A DNA stretch of 47,851 nt from Candidatus Hydrogenedentota bacterium (GCA_046583315.1 JAYGCN010000113.1:1-47851), one strand, 5' to 3'; shown: positions 28,359 to 37,683, numbered from the stretch's first letter. A program made the numbers and translations. Notes: generated from the sequence alone by a model not told the origin.

Positions 28359-29444
28359 TTAACCGGCGAGCACAAAGAAGAGGTCGCGAAAAACGCGATC
28401 TTCATTCAAAAATCGTTCCAAATAGATTCGAGCCTTCTCAATGGCACCGATTTTGGCCTCGGAATTTTTCGTGTCGGCCTGTTCCAGCAAGACCAAGCGA
28501 TCCCGATTGAGAACCCGAGCAGCATCGCCCGTGGCCCCGTAAACCATGACATCACGATACCACATTTCGAGCAGGTATAGAAATTCCAGTATATTCCGCC
28601 GGCTCAGCGCGTCCACCAGGGCCATCTGCTCCTCTTTGATTTGTTCCCGGTCTTCTTTCGACATCTCTTTGACATCCACCGGATCGGAGTCCGTTTTGAC
28701 CATGCTTTCAATGCCGCTCTTCTGAGACGCAACGTATTTCGCGAACTCTTCGGCTATTTCGAGCGGATCTTCGCCTTGGTGAAAGCGTTCAATGATGTCG
28801 AAGACCATCGCCCGTTTATCGGAATCCACCAAATCGAGCGCGCGCGACATCTGCCCTTGTGAAATCTCAGCAATCGCTTCGGCGAGATCGGGAGCGATTT
28901 CGCGTTGCTCCATCAACAGGCTTTTCACCGTGTTGGGGTGCAACGACCGAAATCGCACGCGTTGGCAGCGGGAACGAATCGTAGGCAGCAACAGTTGGGG
29001 GTATTCGGATACGAGAATAAACACGGATGGCCCCAAGGGTTCTTCGAGCGTCTTGAGCAGATAGTTCTGCGCCGGAGCGCGCATCCGATCCGCTTCGTGT
29101 ATGATAAAAATCCGCCAGTCGGCTTCGTAAGGCCGAAGCGAGGCCATCTCAATAACGTTTTCGATGGCTTCAACGTCGATGATACGGGACTTCTTTACTG
29201 GAGACACCTGCATAATGTCCGGATGATTGCCGTTGTCTATTTTGCGACAGGAAATACATTTCCCACAGGCATCGCCGGGAGTTTCCTTACAGTTAATCGC
29301 TTTGGCGAACATCATGGCCGTCATCGATTTGCCGATGCCGGAGGGTCCCCAAAAAAGCATACCGTTGGGGATACGATTACGCTGCAACAAATTGCGAATC
29401 AGCCGCATGGGAATCTCTTGATCGCGTATGTCCTCCAGACCCAT
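28359..29444 (-). CDS. holB: DNA polymerase III delta' subunit
   Basis: GPSGIGKS, C4 zinc motif, HPD, LLKTLEEP and TIRSRCQ. Follows tmk. Confidence 0.93.
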   Translation of the reverse strand: MGLEDIRDQEIPMRLIRNLLQRNRIPNGMLFWGPSGIGKSMTAMMFAKAINCKETPGDACGKCISCRKIDNGNHPDIMQVSPVKKSRIIDVEAIENVIEMASLRPYEADWRIFIIHEADRMRAPAQNYLLKTLEEPLGPSVFILVSEYPQLLLPTIRSRCQRVRFRSLHPNTVKSLLMEQREIAPDLAEAIAEISQGQMSRALDLVDSDKRAMVFDIIERFHQGEDPLEIAEEFAKYVASQKSGIESMVKTDSDPVDVKEMSKEDREQIKEEQMALVDALSRRNILEFLYLLEMWYRDVMVYGATGDAARVLNRDRLVLLEQADTKNSEAKIGAIEKARIYLERFLNEDRVFRDLFFVLAG

Positions 29445-29447
29445 AAT

Positions 29448-30080
29448 TTAGTCCCCCCTGGCAGCCAGCCTGGACATCACAATAGCATGAACCGCGTCGG
29501 CGATGGCATCGATACTCTGATCGGCATCGATCCGGTGTATGCGTTTAGGAAATCGCTCAGTCAGTTCCAAAAAACCGGCGCGAACACGTTCGTGAAAGGC
29601 GAGTGATTCTTTCTCAATACGGTCGCCCGCACCCTCGCCTTTGGCGCGCGACAATCCAACAGCCGGATCAAGATCCAGCAGTATCGTCACGTCCGGAAGT
29701 AGGCCTCCCGTAGCCTGTTGATGCAAGACCTCTACATCCTCAAGCGCAAGATCGCGTCCTGCACCCTGATACGCCGTCGTGGAGTCGTTGAACCGATCAC
29801 AGAGCACGATTCTTCCGGCATCAAGCGCGGGTTGTATCAATTCTCCGACGTGCTGAGCGCGGGCAGCCTCGTAAAGCATCAATTCGGCCATCGGTGTCAT
29901 ATCATCGTTTGCAGGATCGAGCAAAACATCGCGTATGCGTTCGGCGATCGGCGTGCCACCCGGTTCGCGAGTGACGACCACCTCGTGTCCGGCCGTTTTG
30001 AGTGCATTTTTCAATCGTTCTATCTGAGTGCTTTTGCCTACGCCTTCGCCGCCCTCAAATGTAATGAACAATCCGCTCAT
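29448..30080 (-). CDS. tmk: Thymidylate kinase
   Basis: FITFEGGEGVGKST, TREPGGT and LCDRF..ST.AYQG motifs. Confidence 0.97.
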   Translation of the reverse strand: MSGLFITFEGGEGVGKSTQIERLKNALKTAGHEVVVTREPGGTPIAERIRDVLLDPANDDMTPMAELMLYEAARAQHVGELIQPALDAGRIVLCDRFNDSTTAYQGAGRDLALEDVEVLHQQATGGLLPDVTILLDLDPAVGLSRAKGEGAGDRIEKESLAFHERVRAGFLELTERFPKRIHRIDADQSIDAIADAVHAIVMSRLAARGD

Positions 30081-30934
30081 GAATCCAGCAGTGTCCTTCG
30101 AGCTTGTACGCCATTCTCAAAGAAATCATCCAGCGCGTCGGCGTCCCCGTTTTCAATCGCTTCAGAAACGTGAACCAACTCGTCGATCAGCGTCCGCACC
30201 CCCTGCGTGATGGCATCGGGATTCGTAAGGCAAATATCGCGCCAAAGTTCAGGACGTCCCTCAGCAACGCGAGTCGTGTCGCGAAAACCATTGCCGATAA
30301 AGGGTTGAACCTCTTCCGGGTCTTGAATATATTGAGCCAATGCAGCCGCAACCACGTGCGGAATGTGACTGGTTCGCGCAACACATTCATCGTGATGAGC
30401 GGGATCGATTCGAATTACTTTGGACCCCACACTTTCCCACAACTGAACGACTGCGGCATGGGCTTCAGGTAAATGATTGTCCGGCGCCTCCACCAAAGTG
30501 ATCGCACCGTCATAGAGGTCGGCGCGCGCATGCTCAGGGCCAAATTTTTCGGAACCGGCCATGGGATGACTTCCGATAAAAGAATAGGGGGCAGACCATC
30601 GTTCGTGGGCATGCTTGCAAATAACTGCTTTCGTGCTCGCAACATCCGTAACAACAGTGTCCTTGCCGCACAGCGAGCGTATGACATCAAGCGTGTCCGT
30701 TACGGCATTGGCGGGTGTACAAATGACGACGAGATCGGCACCGACAACACCCTCTTTCAGAGATAGCATGCCTTCGTCAATCGCGCCCATTTCAAGCGCG
30801 GTGTCGAGACTGCTTTGACGGCGCCCTACGCCTCGAACGGTGCCTGCAAGACCACGTTCTTTGAGCGCCAGGCCAAGTGATCCCCCAAGCAGTCCTACCC
30901 CAATCAGGGTGACGGTCTGGAATCGTTGGGTCAT
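30077..30934 (-). CDS. tyrA: Prephenate/arogenate dehydrogenase
   Basis: GVGLLGGS, TDVASTK, HPMAGSE, HD…SHIPH, GFRDTTR and LWRDI motifs. Confidence 0.93.
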   Translation of the reverse strand: MTQRFQTVTLIGVGLLGGSLGLALKERGLAGTVRGVGRRQSSLDTALEMGAIDEGMLSLKEGVVGADLVVICTPANAVTDTLDVIRSLCGKDTVVTDVASTKAVICKHAHERWSAPYSFIGSHPMAGSEKFGPEHARADLYDGAITLVEAPDNHLPEAHAAVVQLWESVGSKVIRIDPAHHDECVARTSHIPHVVAAALAQYIQDPEEVQPFIGNGFRDTTRVAEGRPELWRDICLTNPDAITQGVRTLIDELVHVSEAIENGDADALDDFFENGVQARRTLLDS

Positions 30935-30952
30935 GAAATCTCCTCGTGCAGC

Positions 30953-31684
30953 TTACCCGGATTCGGTTGATGCAGCGGCCAAGGCTTCGGCCATGCTGAA
31001 TACGTCCAAGTATAGCGCACGACCGATGATGACTTCATCCACGCCGAGCGATTCGAGCTTTTTGACTGTCGCGATATCTTCGAGTGAAGACATGCCGCCG
31101 GATGCGGTAACCGGAATATTGACCGCACTGGCGATGGCATAGGTGGCATCCATGTTCGGTCCCTGCATCATGCCGTCGCTGTTGATGTCAGTATAAATGA
31201 TACGACTCGCCCCGAAGGCCTCAACCTGCAACGCAAAAGCAACGGCATCGGTTTCGGTGACATCAAGCCAGCCGCTGAGCGCAACTTTACCGTCTTTGGC
31301 ATCAATGCCTACGACGATACACTCGGGATATTCATTCGCGGCTTCTTTGAGCAAATCCGGAGACTTGTGGGCGGCCGTGCCTAGAATGACACGCTCCACG
31401 CCAAGATCGATCAATTGCCTGATGGTTTCCATGTCGCGGATTCCACCACCAACTTCCACCGGGACTCCAGCATCACGCATCGCTTTGAGCTCGTCCTCAA
31501 TACAGCAGCGACCCGCTTTGGCACCGTCCAGGTCAACGATGTGCACAATACTGCCACATCCTTCATACCACTGGATCGCCTGCTCGACAGGATTCTCCGA
31601 AAAAACGGTCTCCTGATCGTAGTCGCCCTGAATCAGATTAACGCACAGGCCTCCGCGAATATCGACCGCGGGAACAATACGCAT
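30953..31684 (-). CDS. hisA: ProFAR isomerase
   Basis: IVPAVDI, HIVDLDGA, GGGIR, VILGT, YTDI..DG, ASGG and IGRALY motifs. Confidence 0.95.
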   Translation of the reverse strand: MRIVPAVDIRGGLCVNLIQGDYDQETVFSENPVEQAIQWYEGCGSIVHIVDLDGAKAGRCCIEDELKAMRDAGVPVEVGGGIRDMETIRQLIDLGVERVILGTAAHKSPDLLKEAANEYPECIVVGIDAKDGKVALSGWLDVTETDAVAFALQVEAFGASRIIYTDINSDGMMQGPNMDATYAIASAVNIPVTASGGMSSLEDIATVKKLESLGVDEVIIGRALYLDVFSMAEALAAASTESG

Positions 31685-31686
31685 GT

Positions 31687-32052
31687 TTAACTGGCAGCCT
31701 CGAGTTTGGCCTTGGCAGTCTCGACAATCTGGGTAAATCCAGCCGCATCGTGAATCGCGATTTCGGAAAGCATTTTACGATTGATATCGATTCCCGCGAG
31801 TTTCAAGCCTTGCATAAATTTACTGTAGGTGAGACCGTTGGCACGCGCTCCGGCATTGATTCGCGCGATCCATAAGCGACGGAATTCGCGTTTGCGCACT
31901 TTACGGTCACGATACGCATAAACGCCCGCGTGATCGATGGCTTGCTTGGCGGTCTTCAAAAGGCGATGCCGACTTCCGCGGTAGCCTTTAGCTTGATCGA
32001 GAATTTTTTTACGGCGACTCCGGGATGCGGGTCTTCCTGTTGAACGTGGCAT
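31687..32052 (-). CDS. rplT: 50S ribosomal protein L20
   Basis: [27 protein letters not shown] and [10 protein letters not shown] motifs. Confidence 0.99.
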   Translation of the reverse strand: MPRSTGRPASRSRRKKILDQAKGYRGSRHRLLKTAKQAIDHAGVYAYRDRKVRKREFRRLWIARINAGARANGLTYSKFMQGLKLAGIDINRKMLSEIAIHDAAGFTQIVETAKAKLEAAS

Positions 32053-32124
32053 GGTCTTTACCTCTTCGTGTTATCCGCGCAAGTGGCGGTCGAGTCTTTC
32101 TATTCGTAGATGTGCAACGCGCAC

Positions 32125-32322
32125 TTAAGCGTAGGGCAGCATACCCTTGACGCGTTTGGCATCCGCCTTGGACAGCACAGCAGCTTTCCGCATGTTGCGA
32201 CGGCGTTTCGGGCTTTTTCCGGTCAGCAAGTGAGCACCAAATGCTTTAGATAATTTGAATTTTCCGCTCTTCGTTTTGCGAAAGCGCTTGGCAGCACTCT
32301 TTTTCGTTTTCAATTTAGGCAT
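32125..32322 (-). CDS. rpmI: 50S ribosomal protein L35
   Basis: [14 protein letters not shown]…HLLTGKS…MLPYA, located between infC and rplT. Confidence 0.98.
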   Translation of the reverse strand: MPKLKTKKSAAKRFRKTKSGKFKLSKAFGAHLLTGKSPKRRRNMRKAAVLSKADAKRVKGMLPYA

Positions 32323-32392
32323 AACACGCTCCTTTTTAATCAGGCGGTCACTCGTCGCGCCTGTACACTACAAATTTATTCAAATCGCCGAT

Positions 32393-32926
32393 TTAGTTCT
32401 TCACCGGCGACAGTACGATACTCATGTTACGTCCTTCGAGACGCGTACGGGCCAAATCAGGAATGTCGGACGCATGGCCTTCAACTCCGTCCAAAATACG
32501 CTGCAACAAATCTTTCCCGAATTCCGGGTGAGCCATTTCACGACCGCGAAACATAATCGTCAGCTTCACCTTATTCCCGGCTTGCAAAAACTCGATGACG
32601 TGGTTGGTCTTGAAATCAAAATCATGATCCGAAATTTTCGGCCGATATTTGATTTCTTTAACCGTGATAATCGTTTGATTTTTCTTGGCCTCTTTGAGCC
32701 GTTTGCTCTGTTGATAACGATACTTCCCGTAATCAATCATTCGACAGACAGGAGGCTGGGCATTCGGCGCAACCTCTACCAGGTCCAACCCTTTTCCATC
32801 TGCTATACGCAATGCTTCTTCAGGCTTCATGATGCCGAGCTGCTCGCCCTCATCATCAATCACACGTACTTGAGGGACACGAATTTGTTCGTTGATTCGT
32901 GTCTTATCTGCTTGTGGCTTTGGAAT
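32393..32926 (-). CDS. infC: Translation initiation factor IF-3, ATT start codon
   Basis: RINEQIR, LDLVEVAP, PPVCRMIDYGKY, KEIK.RP and FRGRE motifs. AAGGAGG lies 8 nt upstream of the in-frame ATT (32926-32924). Confidence 0.97.
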   Translation of the reverse strand: MPKPQADKTRINEQIRVPQVRVIDDEGEQLGIMKPEEALRIADGKGLDLVEVAPNAQPPVCRMIDYGKYRYQQSKRLKEAKKNQTIITVKEIKYRPKISDHDFDFKTNHVIEFLQAGNKVKLTIMFRGREMAHPEFGKDLLQRILDGVEGHASDIPDLARTRLEGRNMSIVLSPVKN

Positions 32927-32966
32927 GCCGATGTCCTCCTTGTATGCCCGAAATTGGGCGCATACA

Positions 32967-33085
32967 CAAAAAAGCGACCGCGGATACCAGTCCACGGTCG
33001 CAAAAGATCATAAGAATCTTGCAAACACTAACCCAATGAGCACGCAATCGCGGCTATAAGGTGAGGAACTGGTGCTCCTACTTAG
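32967..33085 (-). promoter_or_regulatory. Ribosomal protein L20 leader-like cis-regulatory RNA (transcription attenuator)
   Basis: 5' AAGTAGGAGCACCAGTTCCTCACCT resembles the Firmicutes L20 leader start. The element ends in an intrinsic terminator whose GGACTGGT segment is complementary to ACCAGTTCC. Confidence 0.8.
32968..33001 (-). terminator. Attenuator terminator of the infC leader
   Basis: GCGACCGTGGA-ctggta-TCCGCGGTCGC followed by T6. Confidence 0.85.
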
Positions 33086-33091
33086 GGGCAA

Positions 33092-33121
33092 ATAGTAGCA
33101 TACAAACCCGAGGCGTGTCAA
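33092..33121 (-). promoter_or_regulatory. sigma70 promoter of the infC operon, TTGACA-N18-TACTAT with extended -10 TG
   Basis: Consensus -35. The -10 lies about 7 nt before the leader start. Confidence 0.8.
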
Positions 33122-33129
33122 AAGTCCAC

Positions 33130-33170
33130 CGTCACACCTCGTCGTCCCACTTGGTCGTCACACCTCGTCG
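33130..33170. repeat. 15-bp perfect direct repeat CGTCACACCTCGTCG (33130-33144, 33156-33170)
   Basis: Read directly from the sequence; 11-bp spacer. Confidence 0.9.
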
Positions 33171-34213
33171 CTACGCTCGGTACCTTCGAAATCGAGAATG
33201 AAATCCGGACCATAGGCCATTGAAGGGGTCTGATAACCGGGCGGGGCATTCCCCGCGACGACTCGATTCGCGATTGCCCACGCTGTAAGTGCTGTCAGAG
33301 TATATCCTTCAGGTGTTCGGAGCTTACTTTCCATCGACTTCCCCGAAGCGTTCGTCACCTTGCCCCACAACCGTGATTCGCTACGGACTCGCTCTTCATC
33401 GCTGGGTCCTGCAGGGCCACTTTGAATTTTTCCTTTCAAAAACGACTGTACCGGCCTGGAACTCAATACCCAGCCGAAGTAACGACTGAACTTGGCCAAC
33501 TTTTGCAATCCCGGGTCAGCCGCCATGAATACTTTGATGTCCGGAATGCCCGTGCTGTAATACGCCGTTGACACGTCACCCCAAGGGATTGTCATCACAT
33601 CGACCTCACCCAGTCCCAGATCCATCCTCCTCGTCTGCCACGCGGAAGGCACCTCAGTCATTTTTCCGTCTTTACGAATCATGCCGCCCTGTGCAATTCC
33701 CTCAACCATCGTAATGGCCGTCCCACGTGATGGTTTTCCGACACCTTGAAAAGCCAGTTCGAGATCCACGGCATCGGGCATCCGTCGTTTTAGATGAGCG
33801 GCCAGGCAGTCGCTCGGAACGACGTCGAACCCCGTGCCCGGCATCAGCATCACGCCCGAAGCCTTCGCCTTCTCCCCCATGCCAGCCATAAGTTCGAAAA
33901 CCTCAATCTCTCCGGTGATGTCGAGGTAATGAGTTTTCGTCCGGATACACCCTTCAGCCATCGCTCTGGCCGTACGGGAAAAAGGTCCCGCACAATGCAG
34001 TACGACCGCACAGCCTTCCAGCCCAGCGTCCACCTCAGCGGGATCATCCAAGCCAAAAATACGATACCGCAGGTCCAGTTCCTCTGCGATCAGTTTTATT
34101 TTGGATTCGGTGCGCCCCGCAACGATAGGAGTTGCATTATCGTTTTTGGCGAGTCGAAGAATTAGTTCGGCGGTATACCCGTTCGCACCGTAGATAAGAA
34201 TGTCAGAACTCAT
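33158..34213 (-). CDS. Saccharopine dehydrogenase-like NAD(P)-dependent oxidoreductase
   Basis: IYGANGYT, AGR, HCAGPF, HYLDITGE, GFDVVPSD and SRGT motifs. GGGGAG RBS before ATG 34213. Confidence 0.88.
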   Translation of the reverse strand: MSSDILIYGANGYTAELILRLAKNDNATPIVAGRTESKIKLIAEELDLRYRIFGLDDPAEVDAGLEGCAVVLHCAGPFSRTARAMAEGCIRTKTHYLDITGEIEVFELMAGMGEKAKASGVMLMPGTGFDVVPSDCLAAHLKRRMPDAVDLELAFQGVGKPSRGTAITMVEGIAQGGMIRKDGKMTEVPSAWQTRRMDLGLGEVDVMTIPWGDVSTAYYSTGIPDIKVFMAADPGLQKLAKFSRYFGWVLSSRPVQSFLKGKIQSGPAGPSDEERVRSESRLWGKVTNASGKSMESKLRTPEGYTLTALTAWAIANRVVAGNAPPGYQTPSMAYGPDFILDFEGTERSDEV

Positions 34214-34257
34214 GATGTGCGCTCCCCTTCTTTTTCGACCAAGGAGCAGTATACATC

Positions 34258-35694
34258 TTAAGCGACCTGCGCGCCTACCTTCCGCTGGTTCACGACAATA
34301 CAATTGCGCCCTAATTCTTTGGCTTTGTAGAGCGCCTGATCGGCCAGTTCCACAAATTCTTCATCACTGGTGCCGTTCGCCGGGAAATCTGCCGCCCCCA
34401 TCGTAACGGCGCAATTGAACGTTTCACCGGATTCGGTGGTGAATTCAATGGCCTCAAAACGACTGCGGATACGTTCCAGGCATACAGCGGCGGTATCGGC
34501 CCCTACATGTGGGAACATAAGAATGAATTCATCGCCACCAATTCGGCCCACGACATCCTCCTGGCGAGCCTCATCGCGGGCCACTTCGGCAAAAGTCGTC
34601 AATACTTCGTCGCCCACGCGATGCCCGAAGGTATCGTTCACCTGCTTGAATTTATCGAGATCACACAACACAACGCTCAGCGGATGCCCGTGACGAGTCG
34701 CAAGGCTGGTATTGCTCGCTAACAGTTCGAGAAAATGGCGCCGTCCATACAAGCCCGTCAAGGCATCGAAATGCGCCTCGTGACGAAGTTTTTCCTGCTC
34801 CGTAATATCCGAAATGATGTAGAGCACACCATGGGACTCCGATTCATCAAAGTTAATCTGGTTGGCATGAATCATCGCAGGGAATTGCTCGCCACTTTGA
34901 TTGTGCAATGGCACTTCGCACGTGAATGTACCGAGTACATCCACATTGTCCGCCACTTTTTCGCTCATCGTACTATCCACGAAAATACTGGAAAGCCCAT
35001 AAACTGAAGTGCTTTCCGCTGGTTTTCCGAAAAACTCATCGAAGGCGCGATTCGTGTACTCAGCACCGCCCTCGCCATTAAGAATCAACATGGCATCCTG
35101 CGCGCTGTCCATTGCCAAGCGAATGCGTTCAAGCTGACTCTCCGCAGATTCGCGATCCCGTATCTCCGCACGGTGACGCGCGGTGACACGGGTTAACTCG
35201 CCATGTTCACGTTGCAGCTTGACATTCTGCCGCTCCACGCCATCGATATGCGCTTCGAGCGCCGCGACCTTCATCTCCATCGAATCCCGGTTGCGCAACG
35301 TCGTTCCAAGAACACGATGACTGCACACCGCATGACGCAGCGTATGCTCAATAACCAAAGGTGCGGCTGGGTAAACCATCAGAATGAACTGTTCCGAAGG
35401 CCGCCCCCCTATAGCCGAAGGGATGTTTTCGCTTTTGATGGCAATCATGACTGGGGTCGCTGGATGATCCGCTTCAAGTGCATCAAGCAAAAGAGTCGCT
35501 TCGGATTCGGCCGTCTGGGCATCCATCATTACCAGCCCGGGATCCGCGCCGCTCATGTGCTGGATCGCTTCGTTGGCGTCACTGCAGGTAAGGACAATAT
35601 AACTAAGACTTCGCAGATGCTCCGAAACGTGTTGACGCAGCTCACCCGTCGGGTCTACCACCAAAATCGTCGTGCTAAGCGAAGTCGTAACCAT
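34258..35694 (-). CDS. Diguanylate cyclase REC-coiled coil-PAS-GGDEF
   Basis: DALTGL, DLDKFKQVNDTFGH, RQED I-site, GRIGGDEF and ADQALYKAK. GGAGG lies 6 nt before ATG 35694. Confidence 0.92.
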   Translation of the reverse strand: MVTTSLSTTILVVDPTGELRQHVSEHLRSLSYIVLTCSDANEAIQHMSGADPGLVMMDAQTAESEATLLLDALEADHPATPVMIAIKSENIPSAIGGRPSEQFILMVYPAAPLVIEHTLRHAVCSHRVLGTTLRNRDSMEMKVAALEAHIDGVERQNVKLQREHGELTRVTARHRAEIRDRESAESQLERIRLAMDSAQDAMLILNGEGGAEYTNRAFDEFFGKPAESTSVYGLSSIFVDSTMSEKVADNVDVLGTFTCEVPLHNQSGEQFPAMIHANQINFDESESHGVLYIISDITEQEKLRHEAHFDALTGLYGRRHFLELLASNTSLATRHGHPLSVVLCDLDKFKQVNDTFGHRVGDEVLTTFAEVARDEARQEDVVGRIGGDEFILMFPHVGADTAAVCLERIRSRFEAIEFTTESGETFNCAVTMGAADFPANGTSDEEFVELADQALYKAKELGRNCIVVNQRKVGAQVA

Positions 35695-35884
35695 ATTCAT
35701 CCTCCGATACTGTGCTTTACGCATCCATCTGAAACTGCCACCATAGATAATTCTACCAGCAAACCGGAAATTTTGCATAATACTGGACAAAATTTAGTAT
35801 TATTAGTATGTGTGTAACCGTTTTTAGGGACGATTTAGCCGGGCTTCATCCTTCGTTCGCAGATATATAGTTATCGTCTGAAAT

Positions 35885-35914
35885 TTTACTTCCTGCCGAT
35901 TCTAAAGGTATGAT
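35885..35914 (+). promoter_or_regulatory. Putative promoter TTTACT-N18-TATGAT
   Basis: Hexamers 65 nt upstream of ATG 35979. Confidence 0.45.
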
Positions 35915-35978
35915 AAGCCCGTTTCTCACTATTTTCCGCAGATTCACGCGGTATTACCCGAAAAGTCAGGAGGATTTC

Positions 35979-37616
35979 ATGCCACACGGTGGAATGTTGG
36001 TCGGCAAGGCCTTTAAGCAAATGGGGGTTGAGGTCATTTTCACCCTCAGCGGCGGGCATATTATGCCCATATATCAGGGCTGCCTTGAACAAGGCATCAA
36101 AGTTGTCGACGTGCGTCACGAGCAGGCCACAACCCACGCGGCCGATGCCTGGTCACGCCTGAACCCCGGAAAAGTGGGTGTCGCAGTCGTTACAGCAGGT
36201 CCCGGTGTGACGGACTCGGTCACAGGCGTCGCCAACGCATGGCGCGCGAACTCCCCCATCCTATGTATTGGTGGTCAGGGAGCCTTCGCCAATACGGGAC
36301 GCGGATCCCTGCAGGAAATGGATCATGTCGCTCTGATGAAACCCATTACGAAATGGGCAGGCGCATGTTACGACGCCGAACGCATTCCCGAATACATCGA
36401 ACTCGCCGTGCGTCATGCGGTGACCGGGATCCCAGGCCCGGCCTTCCTCGAAATTCCGATGGATATTTTGATGACCGACGTGAAAGAAGAGCACGTTCGC
36501 TATCCTGAAATTCGTACGACACCACCGTTGATCGCGGCGCAACGCGATGTCGTGTCGCAAGCGCTTGATATTTTGGAAAATGCGAAACGTCCTATGATGA
36601 TGGCGGGAACATCCGTAAAATGGTCGAGTGCCCAACCGAACATGGCGGCGTTCCTGGACAAAACTAAAATCCCGACCTACGCGAACGGTATGGGTCGAGG
36701 CACATTACCCCGTGATTCGGAGTTGCTTTTCAATCGTACACGACGCGACGCCATCAAGAATTGCGACGTGATCATACTTGCCGGTTGCGTGCTGGACTTC
36801 CGCATGAGATTCGGCCGCAACATTCCCGAAGACGCGAAGGTTATCCAGCTCGAAATGGACAACTTGCTGGTCGGTCAAAATCGTCACACGGATGTTGCGC
36901 TGGTCGGTAATCTGGCATGTAGTTTTGATGCCCTGTCCGAAGTCATCGAACAAGACAATCGCAACATCGACTTCTCCGCCTATGCCGCTGAACTTCGCGC
37001 GCAAGAAGACAAGCTCGCCGAAGAACTCAAAGGTGACCAGGCCTCGGATGCTGTGCCGATTCAGATGCCCCGATTCTGTCAGGAAGTCGCTGACTTTGTA
37101 GGCAAAGATGACGAGATGATTGTCATCGGAGACGGCGGCGACGTGGTTGCATCATCCGCCAAAGTTGTTCCCATTCCGAAAAACGGCATGTGGATGGATC
37201 CCGGCCCGCTTGGTACGCTCGGCGTGGGCGCTCCGTTTGCCCTGGCCGCACAATTGACGCACCCCGACCGCAAAGTGCTCGTGATCTTTGGTGACGGCGC
37301 CTTCGGCCTGAACGGCATGGAATTCGACACCGCGGTTCGTTTCAACCTGCCCATCGTCGGCATCATCGGCAATGACGCGGCCTGGGGACAGATGATGCGT
37401 CCGCAAGGCGCGATGTACGGCGAATATTGCGCGGTGGATCTCAACCATACGCGTTATGACCAGATGGTCGAAGCCCTTGGCGGCCACGGTGAACTCGTCG
37501 AGAAACCCGAAGACATCCAACCCGCTCTCGAACGCGCATACGCTTCCGGAAAACCCGCGCTGGTCAACGTCATCCTCGAAACCGATCGCGAATACAAAGG
37601 CGGCGGATACATGTAG
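35979..37616 (+). CDS. ThDP-dependent enzyme (acetolactate synthase-like / 2-hydroxyacyl-CoA lyase-like)
   Basis: VRHEQ, TAGPG, LQEMD, MDPGPLGTLGVG and the GDG(x)nND ThDP motif. AGGAGG RBS. Confidence 0.9.
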   Translation: MPHGGMLVGKAFKQMGVEVIFTLSGGHIMPIYQGCLEQGIKVVDVRHEQATTHAADAWSRLNPGKVGVAVVTAGPGVTDSVTGVANAWRANSPILCIGGQGAFANTGRGSLQEMDHVALMKPITKWAGACYDAERIPEYIELAVRHAVTGIPGPAFLEIPMDILMTDVKEEHVRYPEIRTTPPLIAAQRDVVSQALDILENAKRPMMMAGTSVKWSSAQPNMAAFLDKTKIPTYANGMGRGTLPRDSELLFNRTRRDAIKNCDVIILAGCVLDFRMRFGRNIPEDAKVIQLEMDNLLVGQNRHTDVALVGNLACSFDALSEVIEQDNRNIDFSAYAAELRAQEDKLAEELKGDQASDAVPIQMPRFCQEVADFVGKDDEMIVIGDGGDVVASSAKVVPIPKNGMWMDPGPLGTLGVGAPFALAAQLTHPDRKVLVIFGDGAFGLNGMEFDTAVRFNLPIVGIIGNDAAWGQMMRPQGAMYGEYCAVDLNHTRYDQMVEALGGHGELVEKPEDIQPALERAYASGKPALVNVILETDREYKGGGYM

Positions 37617-37642
37617 ACCGCCGATTCATTCAAATACACATC

Positions 37643-37681
37643 GACCCGGTGAAGGCGCAGGCTTTCGCCGGGTCTTTTTTT
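37643..37681 (+). terminator. Rho-independent terminator
   Basis: GACCCGGTGAAGGC-gcag-GCTTTCGCCGGGTC followed by T7. Confidence 0.9.
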
Positions 37682-37683
37682 AT

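Noticed and set aside
19633..33013. Long alternate-frame ORFs (e.g. 19633-20523, 27696-28580, 28905-29606, 32255-33013)
   Set aside because: Antisense to well-supported genes, with no motifs; expected from codon bias.
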